From: Candidatus Nomurabacteria bacterium RIFCSPHIGHO2_02_40_30
Lineage (GTDB): Bacteria; Patescibacteriota; Minisyncoccia; Phycocordibacterales; UBA9973
Assembly: GCA_001785445.1 (NCBI GenBank)
Contig: MFTV01000016.1
Location: forward strand, 6,259-70,258
Length of the DNA: 64,000 nt
Direction of reading: 5' to 3'
A program made the translations under genes and the position numbers. This document shows positions 19,776 through 28,834 of this stretch, piece after piece. Position 1 is the stretch's first letter. The number at the start of each line of letters is the position of its first letter. The notes under the pieces are model-generated. The model was given only the letters and a program-made list of their open reading frames with translations. It did not search any database and was not told where the DNA came from.

Positions 19776-20009
19776 TCAGTGAACTGATACTAACTCGTCA
19801 GCTTTAACTTGAATGCGTTCACCTTGATAGGAGATCAAGACTCTTACGTGATGGCTAGAATATCCACAAAAGAAGCCCACGCAGACTGCTCTGGTTTTTG
19901 ATGCCTTGCTATACACCAAAAATTTTCTGATTCCTTCAGCAGTAGCTAAGGAAAAGGTAGTGCCCTTTTTTAGAAGCTTGAATTGTACATTCTTTGTTTT
20001 GCCTGCCAT
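19776..20009 (-). CDS. Hypothetical protein
   Basis: ORF with upstream AGGAG; no recognised family. Confidence 0.55.
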   Translation of the reverse strand: MAGKTKNVQFKLLKKGTTFSLATAEGIRKFLVYSKASKTRAVCVGFFCGYSSHHVRVLISYQGERIQVKADELVSVH

Positions 20010-20014
20010 TTTGC

Positions 20015-20431
20015 CTACTCCTTCAAAATTTTGATGCACCGATCAAGTTTGCCGAGAGATGCCTTCATGTCACAAGAATCCATGATCTGTTTTCGAATGA
20101 ACTCTAAGATCTCATGAGCAAGAAAGTTCCAAGATTTTCGATTAGTCGATTCATTTTGATCATTATAGTGGTGAACAGAACCCCACCCATCTTTTAAAAA
20201 TATAAACATGTGTCCATCATGGGGTCCCAGGAGGCCCTGATATTCGAACAGGATGAATGGGTACCCCTGTTTTGTAGAATCATTGATTCTGGACCACATT
20301 CCAAATTCTGCCATGAATTGAACAACTTGAGTCAAAAACCCATCGCGCAGCTCATGAATCGCCTTTTTGCTATTGGCAATGTCACTAGAAAATGCTGATG
20401 GTACATCAAAAGCAACTTGTCTTGTTTCCAT
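20015..20431 (-). CDS. Hypothetical protein
   Basis: ORF preceded by AAGGAG SD; no recognised family. Confidence 0.6.
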   Translation of the reverse strand: METRQVAFDVPSAFSSDIANSKKAIHELRDGFLTQVVQFMAEFGMWSRINDSTKQGYPFILFEYQGLLGPHDGHMFIFLKDGWGSVHHYNDQNESTNRKSWNFLAHEILEFIRKQIMDSCDMKASLGKLDRCIKILKE

Positions 20432-20631
20432 TGTCAGTCTCCTTTTTTTGGATAAAATCTTTGTTTTCTCAAGGAACTTTTATAAGACCCTAACATATTA
20501 GAAGCTAATTGTCAAGAAATTTTACCAATTTAATTTATTTCTAGCCATATATAATCAGGTTAAAAAGATATCTACATAATTTTGTTATATTTTATTGACA
20601 CAAAACGAGTGTTGGTATATAATGGCTAAAT

Positions 20632-21414
20632 ATGAAGGAACAATTAATAAAAATCAAAGAATTATTGAAAAATAGTGGTTTTTTAGACAAAGAAATAGCT
20701 ATATATTTGACTATTTTGGAACTTGGCAGAGGCACTGTGGCAGAGATATCTCGAAAAGCAGGCATTAATCGCTCGACTGGCTATGTGATTTTAGACAGTT
20801 TGGCTGGCAAGAACTTAGTAAGTATTTCCGGCAAAGAACCGAAGCAAGAATATGTAGCCCTTTCCCCTTCCAACCTTGTTGAGTACTTAAATAGGGAAGC
20901 ATCCAAACAAAAAAAGCTCACAGAAAGTGCAAGAGAGATTTTGCCAGAGCTGACTTCTATATACAATGTCGGAGACAGACCAAAAGTATTTTTTTACGAA
21001 GGTCTCGCTGGACTAGAACATGTGTATGAAGACTCGCTAACATCAAGTGGAGATATTTATTCCACTTCCACATATGAGGAAATGCACGAGACTCTGCCAA
21101 AATATTTTTCTACCTATTATGAACGCAGAGCCAAGAAAAAAATTTTCGTTCACACCTTTGTGGCTGATACTCCGCTCGCCCGAGAAAGAAAAGCGAACGA
21201 CATAAAAGAGTATCGCGATACTTCTCTCATTCCGCAAGATCAATTCCCTGTCCCAACTGACATAGAAATATATAACAATAAAGTTATGATTGCTTCCTGG
21301 AAAGAAAAGCTTGGCATCATAATTGAATCAGAAGAAATTGCCACAACCTTAAGAAGCGTATTCAAACTCGCTCTAATTGAAGCAAAGAAACACGATAAAA
21401 TTTTAGAGAATTAG
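20632..21414 (+). CDS. TrmB-family transcriptional regulator
   Basis: EIAIYLTILELG..AEISRKAGINRSTGY wHTH; RPKVFFYEG; PLD-like C-domain (IEIYNNKV). Confidence 0.9.
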   Translation: MKEQLIKIKELLKNSGFLDKEIAIYLTILELGRGTVAEISRKAGINRSTGYVILDSLAGKNLVSISGKEPKQEYVALSPSNLVEYLNREASKQKKLTESAREILPELTSIYNVGDRPKVFFYEGLAGLEHVYEDSLTSSGDIYSTSTYEEMHETLPKYFSTYYERRAKKKIFVHTFVADTPLARERKANDIKEYRDTSLIPQDQFPVPTDIEIYNNKVMIASWKEKLGIIIESEEIATTLRSVFKLALIEAKKHDKILEN

Positions 21415-21447
21415 TCGTGAATTTTCGCATATGCGAAAATTCACGAC
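21414..21447. repeat. Perfect 34-bp palindrome (family A, copy 3)
   Basis: GTCGTGAATTTTCGCAT|ATGCGAAAATTCACGAC between convergent trmB-like and secY. Confidence 0.95.
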
Positions 21448-21472
21448 AAGGGCTAAAGAAAAAAGCACAATT

Positions 21473-22744
21473 TTAGTACTCCCTCATGGAGACTTGGGCG
21501 TCGATTTTTTTGATGAGGTCGAGGACGACGGAGACAACAATGAGGATGGACGTACCGCCTATTGCCAGAGATGCTATTCCTGTAGCGTATTGCATAATAA
21601 GCGGCAAGACAGCGATGAAGCCGAGGAAAACTGCGCCTAGAAGCGTGATGCGAGAGAGAACATTGGAAATATAGCTAGAAGTCGGCACTCCAGGGCGAAT
21701 CCCTGGAATGAAGGCGCCATTTTTCTGCAAATTTGTAGACAATGCTTCGGGGTCGAAGGTGACAGCTGTATAGAAGTAAGTAAAAAGAAATACAAGAATA
21801 AAATAGAGCACGGCATATAGAATTGATGTCTGATTGAATAAGGTAAATATTTGAGAAATTTTCAGGAGAATAGCATTGCTGAATCGCCCGAGGAAAGCGC
21901 CAATCATTTGCGGAAAAGAAAGAATAGAGAGAGCGAATATTATCGGTATCACTCCGGCTTGGTTTACGCGTAGTGGCAGATAGGTTGAGCCACCGCCGTA
22001 CATCTTCATGCCCCGCACCCGCTTGGCATAGGTGACAGGGATAGGGCGTTCAGCTTCAGTTACCAAAACAATGCCGGCGATAACCAGCACCCCCACTACA
22101 GCAAATACTAGGTAAAGCGGAATTTGAGAAACATCGAAAGTGAAAACAAGCTGGCTGACTTCTGCCGGAAGTCTAGAAACAATGCCGGCAAAAATTATAA
22201 GCGATACGCCATTGCCGATGCCAAATTCCGACATAAGCTCGCCAAGCCACATTACAACTACTGACCCTGCGACCACGATGAATAAGTTGGTAATGCGGTC
22301 AAAAGTTGTTAAATTTACTAAAATACTTTGGTTCTCAAGAATAGCCAGAAGAGTAAAGCCTTGAATAGCGGCAAGTGGTATGGTTAAAAGTCTGGAATAT
22401 TGAGTAAACTTTTTCCTGCCAGCTGCGCCCTCTTCATGGTAAATCTTCTTTAAGCTTGGGACCATAATAGTCAGAAGCTGCATGATTATTGAGCCGGTAA
22501 TATATGGTCCGACACCAAGCATGATTATAGATAAATTGGAAAGTCCGCCGCCGGAAAATATATTTAAAATGCCAAAGAATTGGTTATTGGATAGGAAACG
22601 ATTAAGTTCGAGCGTATCAATGCTTGGGATCGGAATAGTGGAGAGCAGTCTGAATATTATCAACGAAAAAAGCACAAAGAGAACTCTCTTCCTTAGAGTC
22701 GTATCTGTCCAAACTAATTTCAGTTTATTTAAAAAATTCTGCAT
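21473..22744 (-). CDS. secY: Preprotein translocase SecY
   Basis: LGVGPYITGSIIMQLL, GIGNGVSLIIF, FIPGIRPG, GGTSILIVV. Confidence 0.98.
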   Translation of the reverse strand: MQNFLNKLKLVWTDTTLRKRVLFVLFSLIIFRLLSTIPIPSIDTLELNRFLSNNQFFGILNIFSGGGLSNLSIIMLGVGPYITGSIIMQLLTIMVPSLKKIYHEEGAAGRKKFTQYSRLLTIPLAAIQGFTLLAILENQSILVNLTTFDRITNLFIVVAGSVVVMWLGELMSEFGIGNGVSLIIFAGIVSRLPAEVSQLVFTFDVSQIPLYLVFAVVGVLVIAGIVLVTEAERPIPVTYAKRVRGMKMYGGGSTYLPLRVNQAGVIPIIFALSILSFPQMIGAFLGRFSNAILLKISQIFTLFNQTSILYAVLYFILVFLFTYFYTAVTFDPEALSTNLQKNGAFIPGIRPGVPTSSYISNVLSRITLLGAVFLGFIAVLPLIMQYATGIASLAIGGTSILIVVSVVLDLIKKIDAQVSMREY

Positions 22745-23059
22745 TTATTTTATGATTATATGCCTGCCTTTTATGCCGAGACGCTTGCGAATTTCAGAAA
22801 ATTTTTCTCGCTGGCCTTTTTCTCCGGCTATGATTTTACTTACCGTCAAAATAAAGGGTTTCTTTTTTGACTTAAAACTATAGCCACGATTCTTCGGCAA
22901 TTTCTTTATGATATCACGAAGTTCCGGACGGCGCTTATTGCCGGCGCGCGCTGTCTGCCCCTTGCCTCCGCGGCCGGAAGTCTTCGCATGCTTGCCTCCG
23001 CGACCTACCAGCCGGTCTTTTTTATTCTTGTGTTGTCTCTTTAATTTATGTATTTGCAT
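22745..23059 (-). CDS. rplO: 50S ribosomal protein L15 (short)
   Basis: RLVGRGG..KTSGRGGKGQTARAG, LPKNRG. Confidence 0.93.
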   Translation of the reverse strand: MQIHKLKRQHKNKKDRLVGRGGKHAKTSGRGGKGQTARAGNKRRPELRDIIKKLPKNRGYSFKSKKKPFILTVSKIIAGEKGQREKFSEIRKRLGIKGRHIIIK

Positions 23060-23060
23060 T

Positions 23061-23633
23061 TTATTTTTCTTCTTCGACTAAGGCTTTCGGTAAAACGACC
23101 TCTTTGGTATCAATAACAATTGCTTCCGCAGGAATTTTTCCGGATTTTGTTGAAATGACGGAAAGCGCTTGCATTACTGCTTTAGAATTATTTAATTTAT
23201 TTTTACTGTTGGATAAAATTTTTCCGGTAATATCTTTCATGCCGGAGAGTTTGATAATATCACGAACAACCGACCCCGCCACCAAGCCTCGACCTTTGTT
23301 GGGCAAAAGCTTCACATAGGAACTTGAGAATTTAGCAGAAAGTTCATGAGGGATAGACATAGTCTTGGTTAGGTTTAATTTAACCATATTTTTCTTAGCA
23401 TTTCGTACAGCCTTATTTATGGCTAATGCCGTGTCCCCCGCTTTCCCAAGCCCAAGTCCGATGCGTCCCTTTTTGTCTCCGGCGACCAGTGCCACAGAGA
23501 AAGAGAATCTACGCCCGCCAGCCACCACTCGAGTTACTCGGCGAATATTTAGAATCTTCTGGTCAAACTCTGATTTCACTCTGCCAAAAGAGGAGCCTTT
23601 TCTATTATTCTTTTTTTCGTTTGCCTTTTCCAT
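23061..23633 (-). CDS. rpsE: 30S ribosomal protein S5
   Basis: RRVTRVVAGGRRFSFS, VAGDKKG. Confidence 0.96.
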   Translation of the reverse strand: MEKANEKKNNRKGSSFGRVKSEFDQKILNIRRVTRVVAGGRRFSFSVALVAGDKKGRIGLGLGKAGDTALAINKAVRNAKKNMVKLNLTKTMSIPHELSAKFSSSYVKLLPNKGRGLVAGSVVRDIIKLSGMKDITGKILSNSKNKLNNSKAVMQALSVISTKSGKIPAEAIVIDTKEVVLPKALVEEEK

Positions 23634-23652
23634 ATACAAAATAAATTATTAA

Positions 23653-23994
23653 CTAAAATTGAAGTCCTCCGGCTCTTGCCTCGTCCGCTAGTAATTTTAT
23701 TCTTCCGGTGTATTTAAATCCATTGCGGTCAAAAACAACTTTACTAACCTTTATCGCCTTGCAAGCCTCGCTAATCATCTGCCCCACTTCCTTGGCTCTG
23801 GCAGTCTTGGTGCCAGATTTTGCCTTTATATCACTCGCTTCTGCTAGAGTCTTGCCTGTAAGGTCATCAACGATCTGGGCGTAAATAAATTTATTAGAGC
23901 GAAAAACTGTGAGCCTTGGGCGCTCTTTTGTGCCTCTGATTTTCACTCTTATCTTAGCCTTCAGTCTTATTCTTTTTTCGTTTTTCTTTTGCAT
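23653..23994 (-). CDS. rplR: 50S ribosomal protein L18
   Basis: RPRLTVFRSNK, VVFDRNGFKYTGR. Confidence 0.97.
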   Translation of the reverse strand: MQKKNEKRIRLKAKIRVKIRGTKERPRLTVFRSNKFIYAQIVDDLTGKTLAEASDIKAKSGTKTARAKEVGQMISEACKAIKVSKVVFDRNGFKYTGRIKLLADEARAGGLQF

Positions 23995-24007
23995 TTTTGT
24001 TTAAAAA

Positions 24008-24574
24008 TTACGCAGTCTTTTTACCCTGTTTACGTCTGATAACTTCTCCTTCATAACGCATTCCTTTACCCTTATATGGCTCCGGCTTCTTGAGAGCTCG
24101 AATAGCCGCTGTAAAGCTCCCTACTAATTCTTTATCAGCTCCGGAAATTGTAATAATATTCTTTTCCGCAGTTGCTGTAATACCTGCTGGGATAGACACT
24201 ATAACTGGGTGAGAAAATCCTAATGCGAAATGAAGCTCTTTCCCTTTGACGTCAGATTTGAATCCGACTCCTTCGAGGATTAATTTCTTTTGATATGGTG
24301 TCTCTACCCCCGCAATCATGTTTTTTATATGTGAAGCATAAGTGCCCCAGAGAGATTTAGAAAATTTGTCATTTCTCTTTATATTCAAATTCACAGCCTT
24401 GCCTGCCCCGTCCTTGGCGGGGTCAGTGATAGCGATAGTGATGTCATCTTTAAAAACTTTGGAGAGGGTGCCCTTGGGACCGGCAACGGTAACTGTGTTA
24501 CCAAAAGAAGACGCACTTTGGGTGACTTTGACTCCGGTCGGTATTAATATTTCTTGTTTGCCTATTCTGCTCAT
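24008..24574 (-). CDS. rplF: 50S ribosomal protein L6
   Basis: MSRIGK, GPKG, LGFSHP, PEPYKGKG. Confidence 0.97.
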   Translation of the reverse strand: MSRIGKQEILIPTGVKVTQSASSFGNTVTVAGPKGTLSKVFKDDITIAITDPAKDGAGKAVNLNIKRNDKFSKSLWGTYASHIKNMIAGVETPYQKKLILEGVGFKSDVKGKELHFALGFSHPVIVSIPAGITATAEKNIITISGADKELVGSFTAAIRALKKPEPYKGKGMRYEGEVIRRKQGKKTA

Positions 24575-24594
24575 AAATTTTTTGTATATTGAAA

Positions 24595-24981
24595 TTACCA
24601 AAGTCTGAATAATGCTTCACCGCCGACTTGTTCCTTGCGGGCATCTTTGCCGGATAAAATACCTTTCGGCGTTGAAAGAACCAACAACCCCGAGCCATTT
24701 CTAACGCTATGAATATCTTTGACCCTGAAATAAATTCTTTTTGATTGTTTGGAAATTCTTTCGACTTCCGTTATTTTTGGATTTTTGTCCACATATACAA
24801 GACCTACTTCCAATATTGGCTGGTCCTTTTTAACTTTTTTAGCAACACTAGAAACATATCCTTCTTTTTTTAAAGTTTCAGCAATGGCTTCTTTCATTTT
24901 AGAATACGGAAAAGTCACAGACTCTTTGGAGGCGAGTGAGCCATTCTTCATTATTATTAACATGTTTGAAATTGAATCCAT
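24595..24981 (-). CDS. rpsH: 30S ribosomal protein S8
   Basis: DSISNML, LKKEGY, LSTPKG, VGGE. Confidence 0.97.
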   Translation of the reverse strand: MDSISNMLIIMKNGSLASKESVTFPYSKMKEAIAETLKKEGYVSSVAKKVKKDQPILEVGLVYVDKNPKITEVERISKQSKRIYFRVKDIHSVRNGSGLLVLSTPKGILSGKDARKEQVGGEALFRLW

Positions 24982-24996
24982 GGTGAGTTTTACGAA

Positions 24997-25182
24997 CTAC
25001 CAGCTTGATTTACGAACACCTGGAAGCATTCCTTCATTGGCCAACTCTCTAAAGCAAATACGACAGATGCCGAAGTCTCGCATAAAAGCATTCCCTCGAC
25101 CACAGCGAAAACATCTGTTTTTCTGCCGAGTGGAAAATTTAGGTTTTTTTAAAGCTCTTGCTTTTACTGATGTTTTAGCCAT
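24997..25182 (-). CDS. rpsN: 30S ribosomal protein S14 (zinc type)
   Basis: [24 protein letters not shown]. Confidence 0.97.
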   Translation of the reverse strand: MAKTSVKARALKKPKFSTRQKNRCFRCGRGNAFMRDFGICRICFRELANEGMLPGVRKSSW

Positions 25183-25327
25183 AAATAAAATATCGCCTTA
25201 TGTAGATGATATCGTGTATTTTTTCTTAAAATCTCGTAGGAACATACTGATAGACCTTAAGGAGAAACACAGATCAAGCCACTTTTAGGCTTTTTTATAC
25301 TAGCAAAATAAGCACTCATAGTCAATA

Positions 25328-25915
25328 CTATTTTTTCTTACTATCTTCCTCTATTTTAAACGGAATACCCAGAATTTCAAAAAAAGCTGTGCCTTCTTTT
25401 TTATTTTTTGCTGAAGAAACGAGAGTAATGGCTAGGCCGAAAACATCTCGTATGTCTTCGTCTGCGGTTTCTGGGAAAATTGTATGTTCTTTGATACCGA
25501 TAGTTAAGTTGCCAATATTATCTACTGCACCACGACTAATCCCGCGGAAGTCTTTGGTGCGAGGCAGAGCCACATTTATGAGCTTCTCTAGGAAAGTATA
25601 CATTCTACTCCCACGCAAAGTTACCACCACGCCGATAGGGTCGCCCTTTCTGGTTTTAAAAGATGCCACCGACTGCTTGGCGCCTCGTAAGGCTCCTTTT
25701 TGACCGGTAATTTTAGCTAGGCGTAGAGCAATAGCGTCATTCTTGTTTTTATCTTTTTTCATTGCCGTGCCCGTGCCGACATTTACCACGATCTTCTTCA
25801 TTCTGGGTGCAGCAAAAGCATTCTTGTAATGAAACTCCGAGCTTAGTGCCCCAGTAGAGTTTTTCATTTTCTCATATGCCTCTTTTTCTTTTTCTTTTAC
25901 AGTTAAATGTTTCAT
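25328..25915 (-). CDS. rplE: 50S ribosomal protein L5
   Basis: KIVVNVG, ITGQK, VTLRG, LPRTKDFRG. Confidence 0.97.
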   Translation of the reverse strand: MKHLTVKEKEKEAYEKMKNSTGALSSEFHYKNAFAAPRMKKIVVNVGTGTAMKKDKNKNDAIALRLAKITGQKGALRGAKQSVASFKTRKGDPIGVVVTLRGSRMYTFLEKLINVALPRTKDFRGISRGAVDNIGNLTIGIKEHTIFPETADEDIRDVFGLAITLVSSAKNKKEGTAFFEILGIPFKIEEDSKKK

Positions 25916-25922
25916 ATATTAT

Positions 25923-26141
25923 TTATTCCGCTTTTTTAACATTGGAAGCATGTATGGGCATAGCTACGTTTATCATAGACCCTTTCTCTCCGGACTTCCT
26001 TGGACGCTGGTGTTTTTTGCTCATATTTATTCCTTCAATAATAACTTTATTCAAAGATACTAAAACACGGACAATTTTGCCTTTTTTGCCTTTGTCTTTC
26101 CCTGCGATTACTATTACATTATCTCCTTTTTTTACTTTCAT
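25923..26141 (-). CDS. rplX: 50S ribosomal protein L24 (C-terminally short)
   Basis: KKGDNVIVIAGKDKGK, PIHASNV. Confidence 0.96.
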   Translation of the reverse strand: MKVKKGDNVIVIAGKDKGKKGKIVRVLVSLNKVIIEGINMSKKHQRPRKSGEKGSMINVAMPIHASNVKKAE

Positions 26142-26153
26142 ATTTTTAAAAAA

Positions 26154-26525
26154 TTAAATCACTTCCTGCGCTAAAGAAATTATCTTTTGAAAACCTTTCT
26201 CCGCAAGTTCTCTTGGTATCGGCCCGAAGACACGCCCAGCCTTTGGGTCTTTTTTACCTTTCTCTAATATGACTACCGCATTGTCGTCGAAACGAATATA
26301 CGAGCCGTCTTTTCGGCGGTAAGCGCCTCTGGTGCGGACCACCACTGCCTGATGTACATCTTTCTTTTTGACTCCTTTTCGAGGACTTGCCACTTTGACT
26401 GAAATAATAACCAGCTCGCCCAAAGTCGCATATCTCTTTTTGGAAGAACCTAAAATCTTAAACACCTTCCCCACGGTGCCTCCAGCATTGTCTGTTATTT
26501 TTACTAATGTCTCGTTTTGTATCAT
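26154..26525 (-). CDS. rplN: 50S ribosomal protein L14
   Basis: MIQ..DNAG, IRFDDNA, RVFGPIPREL. Confidence 0.97.
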   Translation of the reverse strand: MIQNETLVKITDNAGGTVGKVFKILGSSKKRYATLGELVIISVKVASPRKGVKKKDVHQAVVVRTRGAYRRKDGSYIRFDDNAVVILEKGKKDPKAGRVFGPIPRELAEKGFQKIISLAQEVI

Positions 26526-26529
26526 AAAT

Positions 26530-26787
26530 TTAAACTACCTTAAATCTTTTATCTTTTGAAATCGGCTTAGTTTCTACTATTTCCACATTGTCGCCTGTTT
26601 TGTATTTATTCTCTTCGTCATGCGCTTTGTACTTCTTGCTGACTTTATAAAATTTACCATATAGCGGATGCTTGATAAATCTTGAAACAGAAACGACTAC
26701 TGTCTTATCCATCTTATCTGAAACCACTATGCCTTTTAGTGTGTTGCTTTTACTTTTCAATATTTCTTTTTTTATTTTTGCTGTCAT
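26530..26787 (-). CDS. rpsQ: 30S ribosomal protein S17
   Basis: [26 protein letters not shown]. Confidence 0.97.
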   Translation of the reverse strand: MTAKIKKEILKSKSNTLKGIVVSDKMDKTVVVSVSRFIKHPLYGKFYKVSKKYKAHDEENKYKTGDNVEIVETKPISKDKRFKVV

Positions 26788-26793
26788 GTATTT

Positions 26794-27222
26794 TTATTGT
26801 TTGTGGGCTCTCGACATAATTCTGGTTTTAATTGGTAGTTTAGACCCGGCTTTTCGGAGAGCTTCATGAGCTATTTTTTCGTCCACCCCATCCACTTCGA
26901 AGATAATACGTCCCGGAAAAACATCGAAGCAATATCCTTGCGGGTCACCCTTGCCTTTTCCCATTCCGACTTCTGCAGCTTTGGCGGTAAAAGGTCGGTC
27001 CGGAAAAATGCGAATCCAATATTTACCGGCTTTAGTCAAAGTGCGAGAGATAACTTTTCTGGCAGATTCAATTTGGGTTGATTTCACGCGGGCTTGTGAC
27101 TCGGACTTCAAGCCATAAGAACCAAAGGAAAGCTTAGAGCCTCGAGTGTCCGGCGTAAAAGACTTTGGATTGCTGCGTCCTGTTTGCCATTTTCTAAATT
27201 TTACTTTTTTCGGTATTAACAT
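26794..27222 (-). CDS. rplP: 50S ribosomal protein L16
   Basis: MLIPKKVKFRK, WIRIFPD, MGKGKG. Confidence 0.97.
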   Translation of the reverse strand: MLIPKKVKFRKWQTGRSNPKSFTPDTRGSKLSFGSYGLKSESQARVKSTQIESARKVISRTLTKAGKYWIRIFPDRPFTAKAAEVGMGKGKGDPQGYCFDVFPGRIIFEVDGVDEKIAHEALRKAGSKLPIKTRIMSRAHKQ

Positions 27223-27245
27223 ATGATTAACATAAGAATAATTCT

Positions 27246-27965
27246 TTAATCCATTTTAATGGCTTTTTTGTCACTTATGGAAGCCTCGCCAAAGGAACGG
27301 GTAGTTTTCTTGTCAGCAAAAATTTTACCGCGATAAATCCAAACCTTAATGCCGATAACTCCGTAAGACAAAGTGGCGCGCTCGCGCTTGAAGTCTATAT
27401 CCGCTCGGAAACTCTGGAGTGGGACAGATCCACGTTTCAGCTCTTCCGTCCGAGCAATTTCTGCTCCGCCTAAACGCCCTGACAATACTATCCTAGCCCC
27501 CTCGACGCCCCTCGCTTGCATTACTTTTTCTATCATTTGCTTAATCACTCTGCGGTAAGGCAATCTTTTTTCCAACCCTTCGGCAATCATGTAGGCCACG
27601 ATAGCGGCATCAGCTTCTGGATTTGAGACTTCTGTAATTTCCAGTTTAAAATCTTCAGGTTTTGGAAGTTTTAATTTACCCATTTTATTTAAAATATCCA
27701 TTTTCAACTTTGTTGCGCCTTCGCCGTTGCGACCGATTAAAAGACCAGGGCGAGAAGTTTTTACTATAAATCTTGTAGCTTTATTACTTCTTTCTATTTC
27801 TATAGAAGATATATACATACCACGCAATTTCTTTTCCAAATACTGACGTATTAAGACATCTCCCTTAAGATAAGTGACATATTTTTTAGGGTCGGCAAAC
27901 CAGCGAGACTTCCAGTCTCGGAGGATTATCAATCTATGCGCATATGGATGGACTATTTTTGACAT
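27246..27965 (-). CDS. rpsC: 30S ribosomal protein S3
   Basis: VHP..WKSRWFA, RPGLLIG, SGRLGGAEIAR, GVIGIKVWI. Confidence 0.97.
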   Translation of the reverse strand: MSKIVHPYAHRLIILRDWKSRWFADPKKYVTYLKGDVLIRQYLEKKLRGMYISSIEIERSNKATRFIVKTSRPGLLIGRNGEGATKLKMDILNKMGKLKLPKPEDFKLEITEVSNPEADAAIVAYMIAEGLEKRLPYRRVIKQMIEKVMQARGVEGARIVLSGRLGGAEIARTEELKRGSVPLQSFRADIDFKRERATLSYGVIGIKVWIYRGKIFADKKTTRSFGEASISDKKAIKMD

Positions 27966-27969
27966 ATAA

Positions 27970-28356
27970 TTATTTTTTTGTCCCGACCTTAACTCGGGAT
28001 CCCGACTTTGGTCGGTACTTTTTAACTGCCACAACTTTCTCACCCAAAAGAAGATTCAAATGACTTGTGCGCTTGTTTATCCTGTGTCCGGTGCCCATAG
28101 CCGCAGGCATCATGCGTTTCATTGTTATGCCTTTATCTACTCGCAATTCTTTTATAAACAAATTCTCTACGTCTACCCCCATACTCTTTGCATTCGCTAC
28201 AGCTGAAAGCAAAAGTTTCTTAATAGGTAGCCCAGCGCGCTTAGCCAAAAAATCAAGCTCAGCAATTGCTTCCACCACTTTCTTGCCTTTTACTAATCCG
28301 GCAACTAAGCGAACTTTTCTAGGAGACTGTCTATAATTTTTCAAAAATGCTTTCAT
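27970..28356 (-). CDS. rplV: 50S ribosomal protein L22
   Basis: SPRKVRLVA, SAVANA, KRTSH. Confidence 0.96.
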   Translation of the reverse strand: MKAFLKNYRQSPRKVRLVAGLVKGKKVVEAIAELDFLAKRAGLPIKKLLLSAVANAKSMGVDVENLFIKELRVDKGITMKRMMPAAMGTGHRINKRTSHLNLLLGEKVVAVKKYRPKSGSRVKVGTKK

Positions 28357-28365
28357 ATTATTAAA

Positions 28366-28722
28366 TTATTTTTTTGCTGCGCCTTTGGCATCAGCGGCTG
28401 CAGCAGTGGCACCCTTAGCAGCTATTATCTCTGCTTCTTTTTTCTTTTGTTCAAGTTCTTTCTGCATCTTTCCACCGTGCTTCATAAATTTCTTAGTCGG
28501 AGAAAATTCGCCTAGTCTGTGGCCCACCATGTCCTCAGTTACCAATACATCTACATGAACTTTACCGTTATAAACACCAAAGGTAAAACCAAGCATCTCC
28601 GGAGAAATCACAGAGGCTCTCTTCCAAGTCTTAATGGTGGGAGTCTGGAGCGGGTTTTTGCCGGCAATCTTTTTCAAGAGCCCTTCGTCCACATATATGC
28701 CTTTTTTGATACTTCTGGTCAT
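28366..28722 (-). CDS. rpsS: 30S ribosomal protein S19
   Basis: [18 protein letters not shown]. Confidence 0.97.
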   Translation of the reverse strand: MTRSIKKGIYVDEGLLKKIAGKNPLQTPTIKTWKRASVISPEMLGFTFGVYNGKVHVDVLVTEDMVGHRLGEFSPTKKFMKHGGKMQKELEQKKKEAEIIAAKGATAAAADAKGAAKK

Positions 28723-28801
28723 TGGTTACTTTCTTATATAAACAAAATGGCTCTCATTTGAGCCTTAAAATATACTACCAAATTCAAGAATAAAGTCAAA
28801 T

Positions 28802-28834
28802 AAAAAAACACCCCGTTTTACAGGGTGTTTTTTT
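28802..28834 (-). terminator. Intrinsic terminator after rplB
   Basis: AAAAAACACCC-N-GGGTGTTTTTT hairpin, followed by a new TTGACT..TAGTAT promoter for rpsS. Confidence 0.75.
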
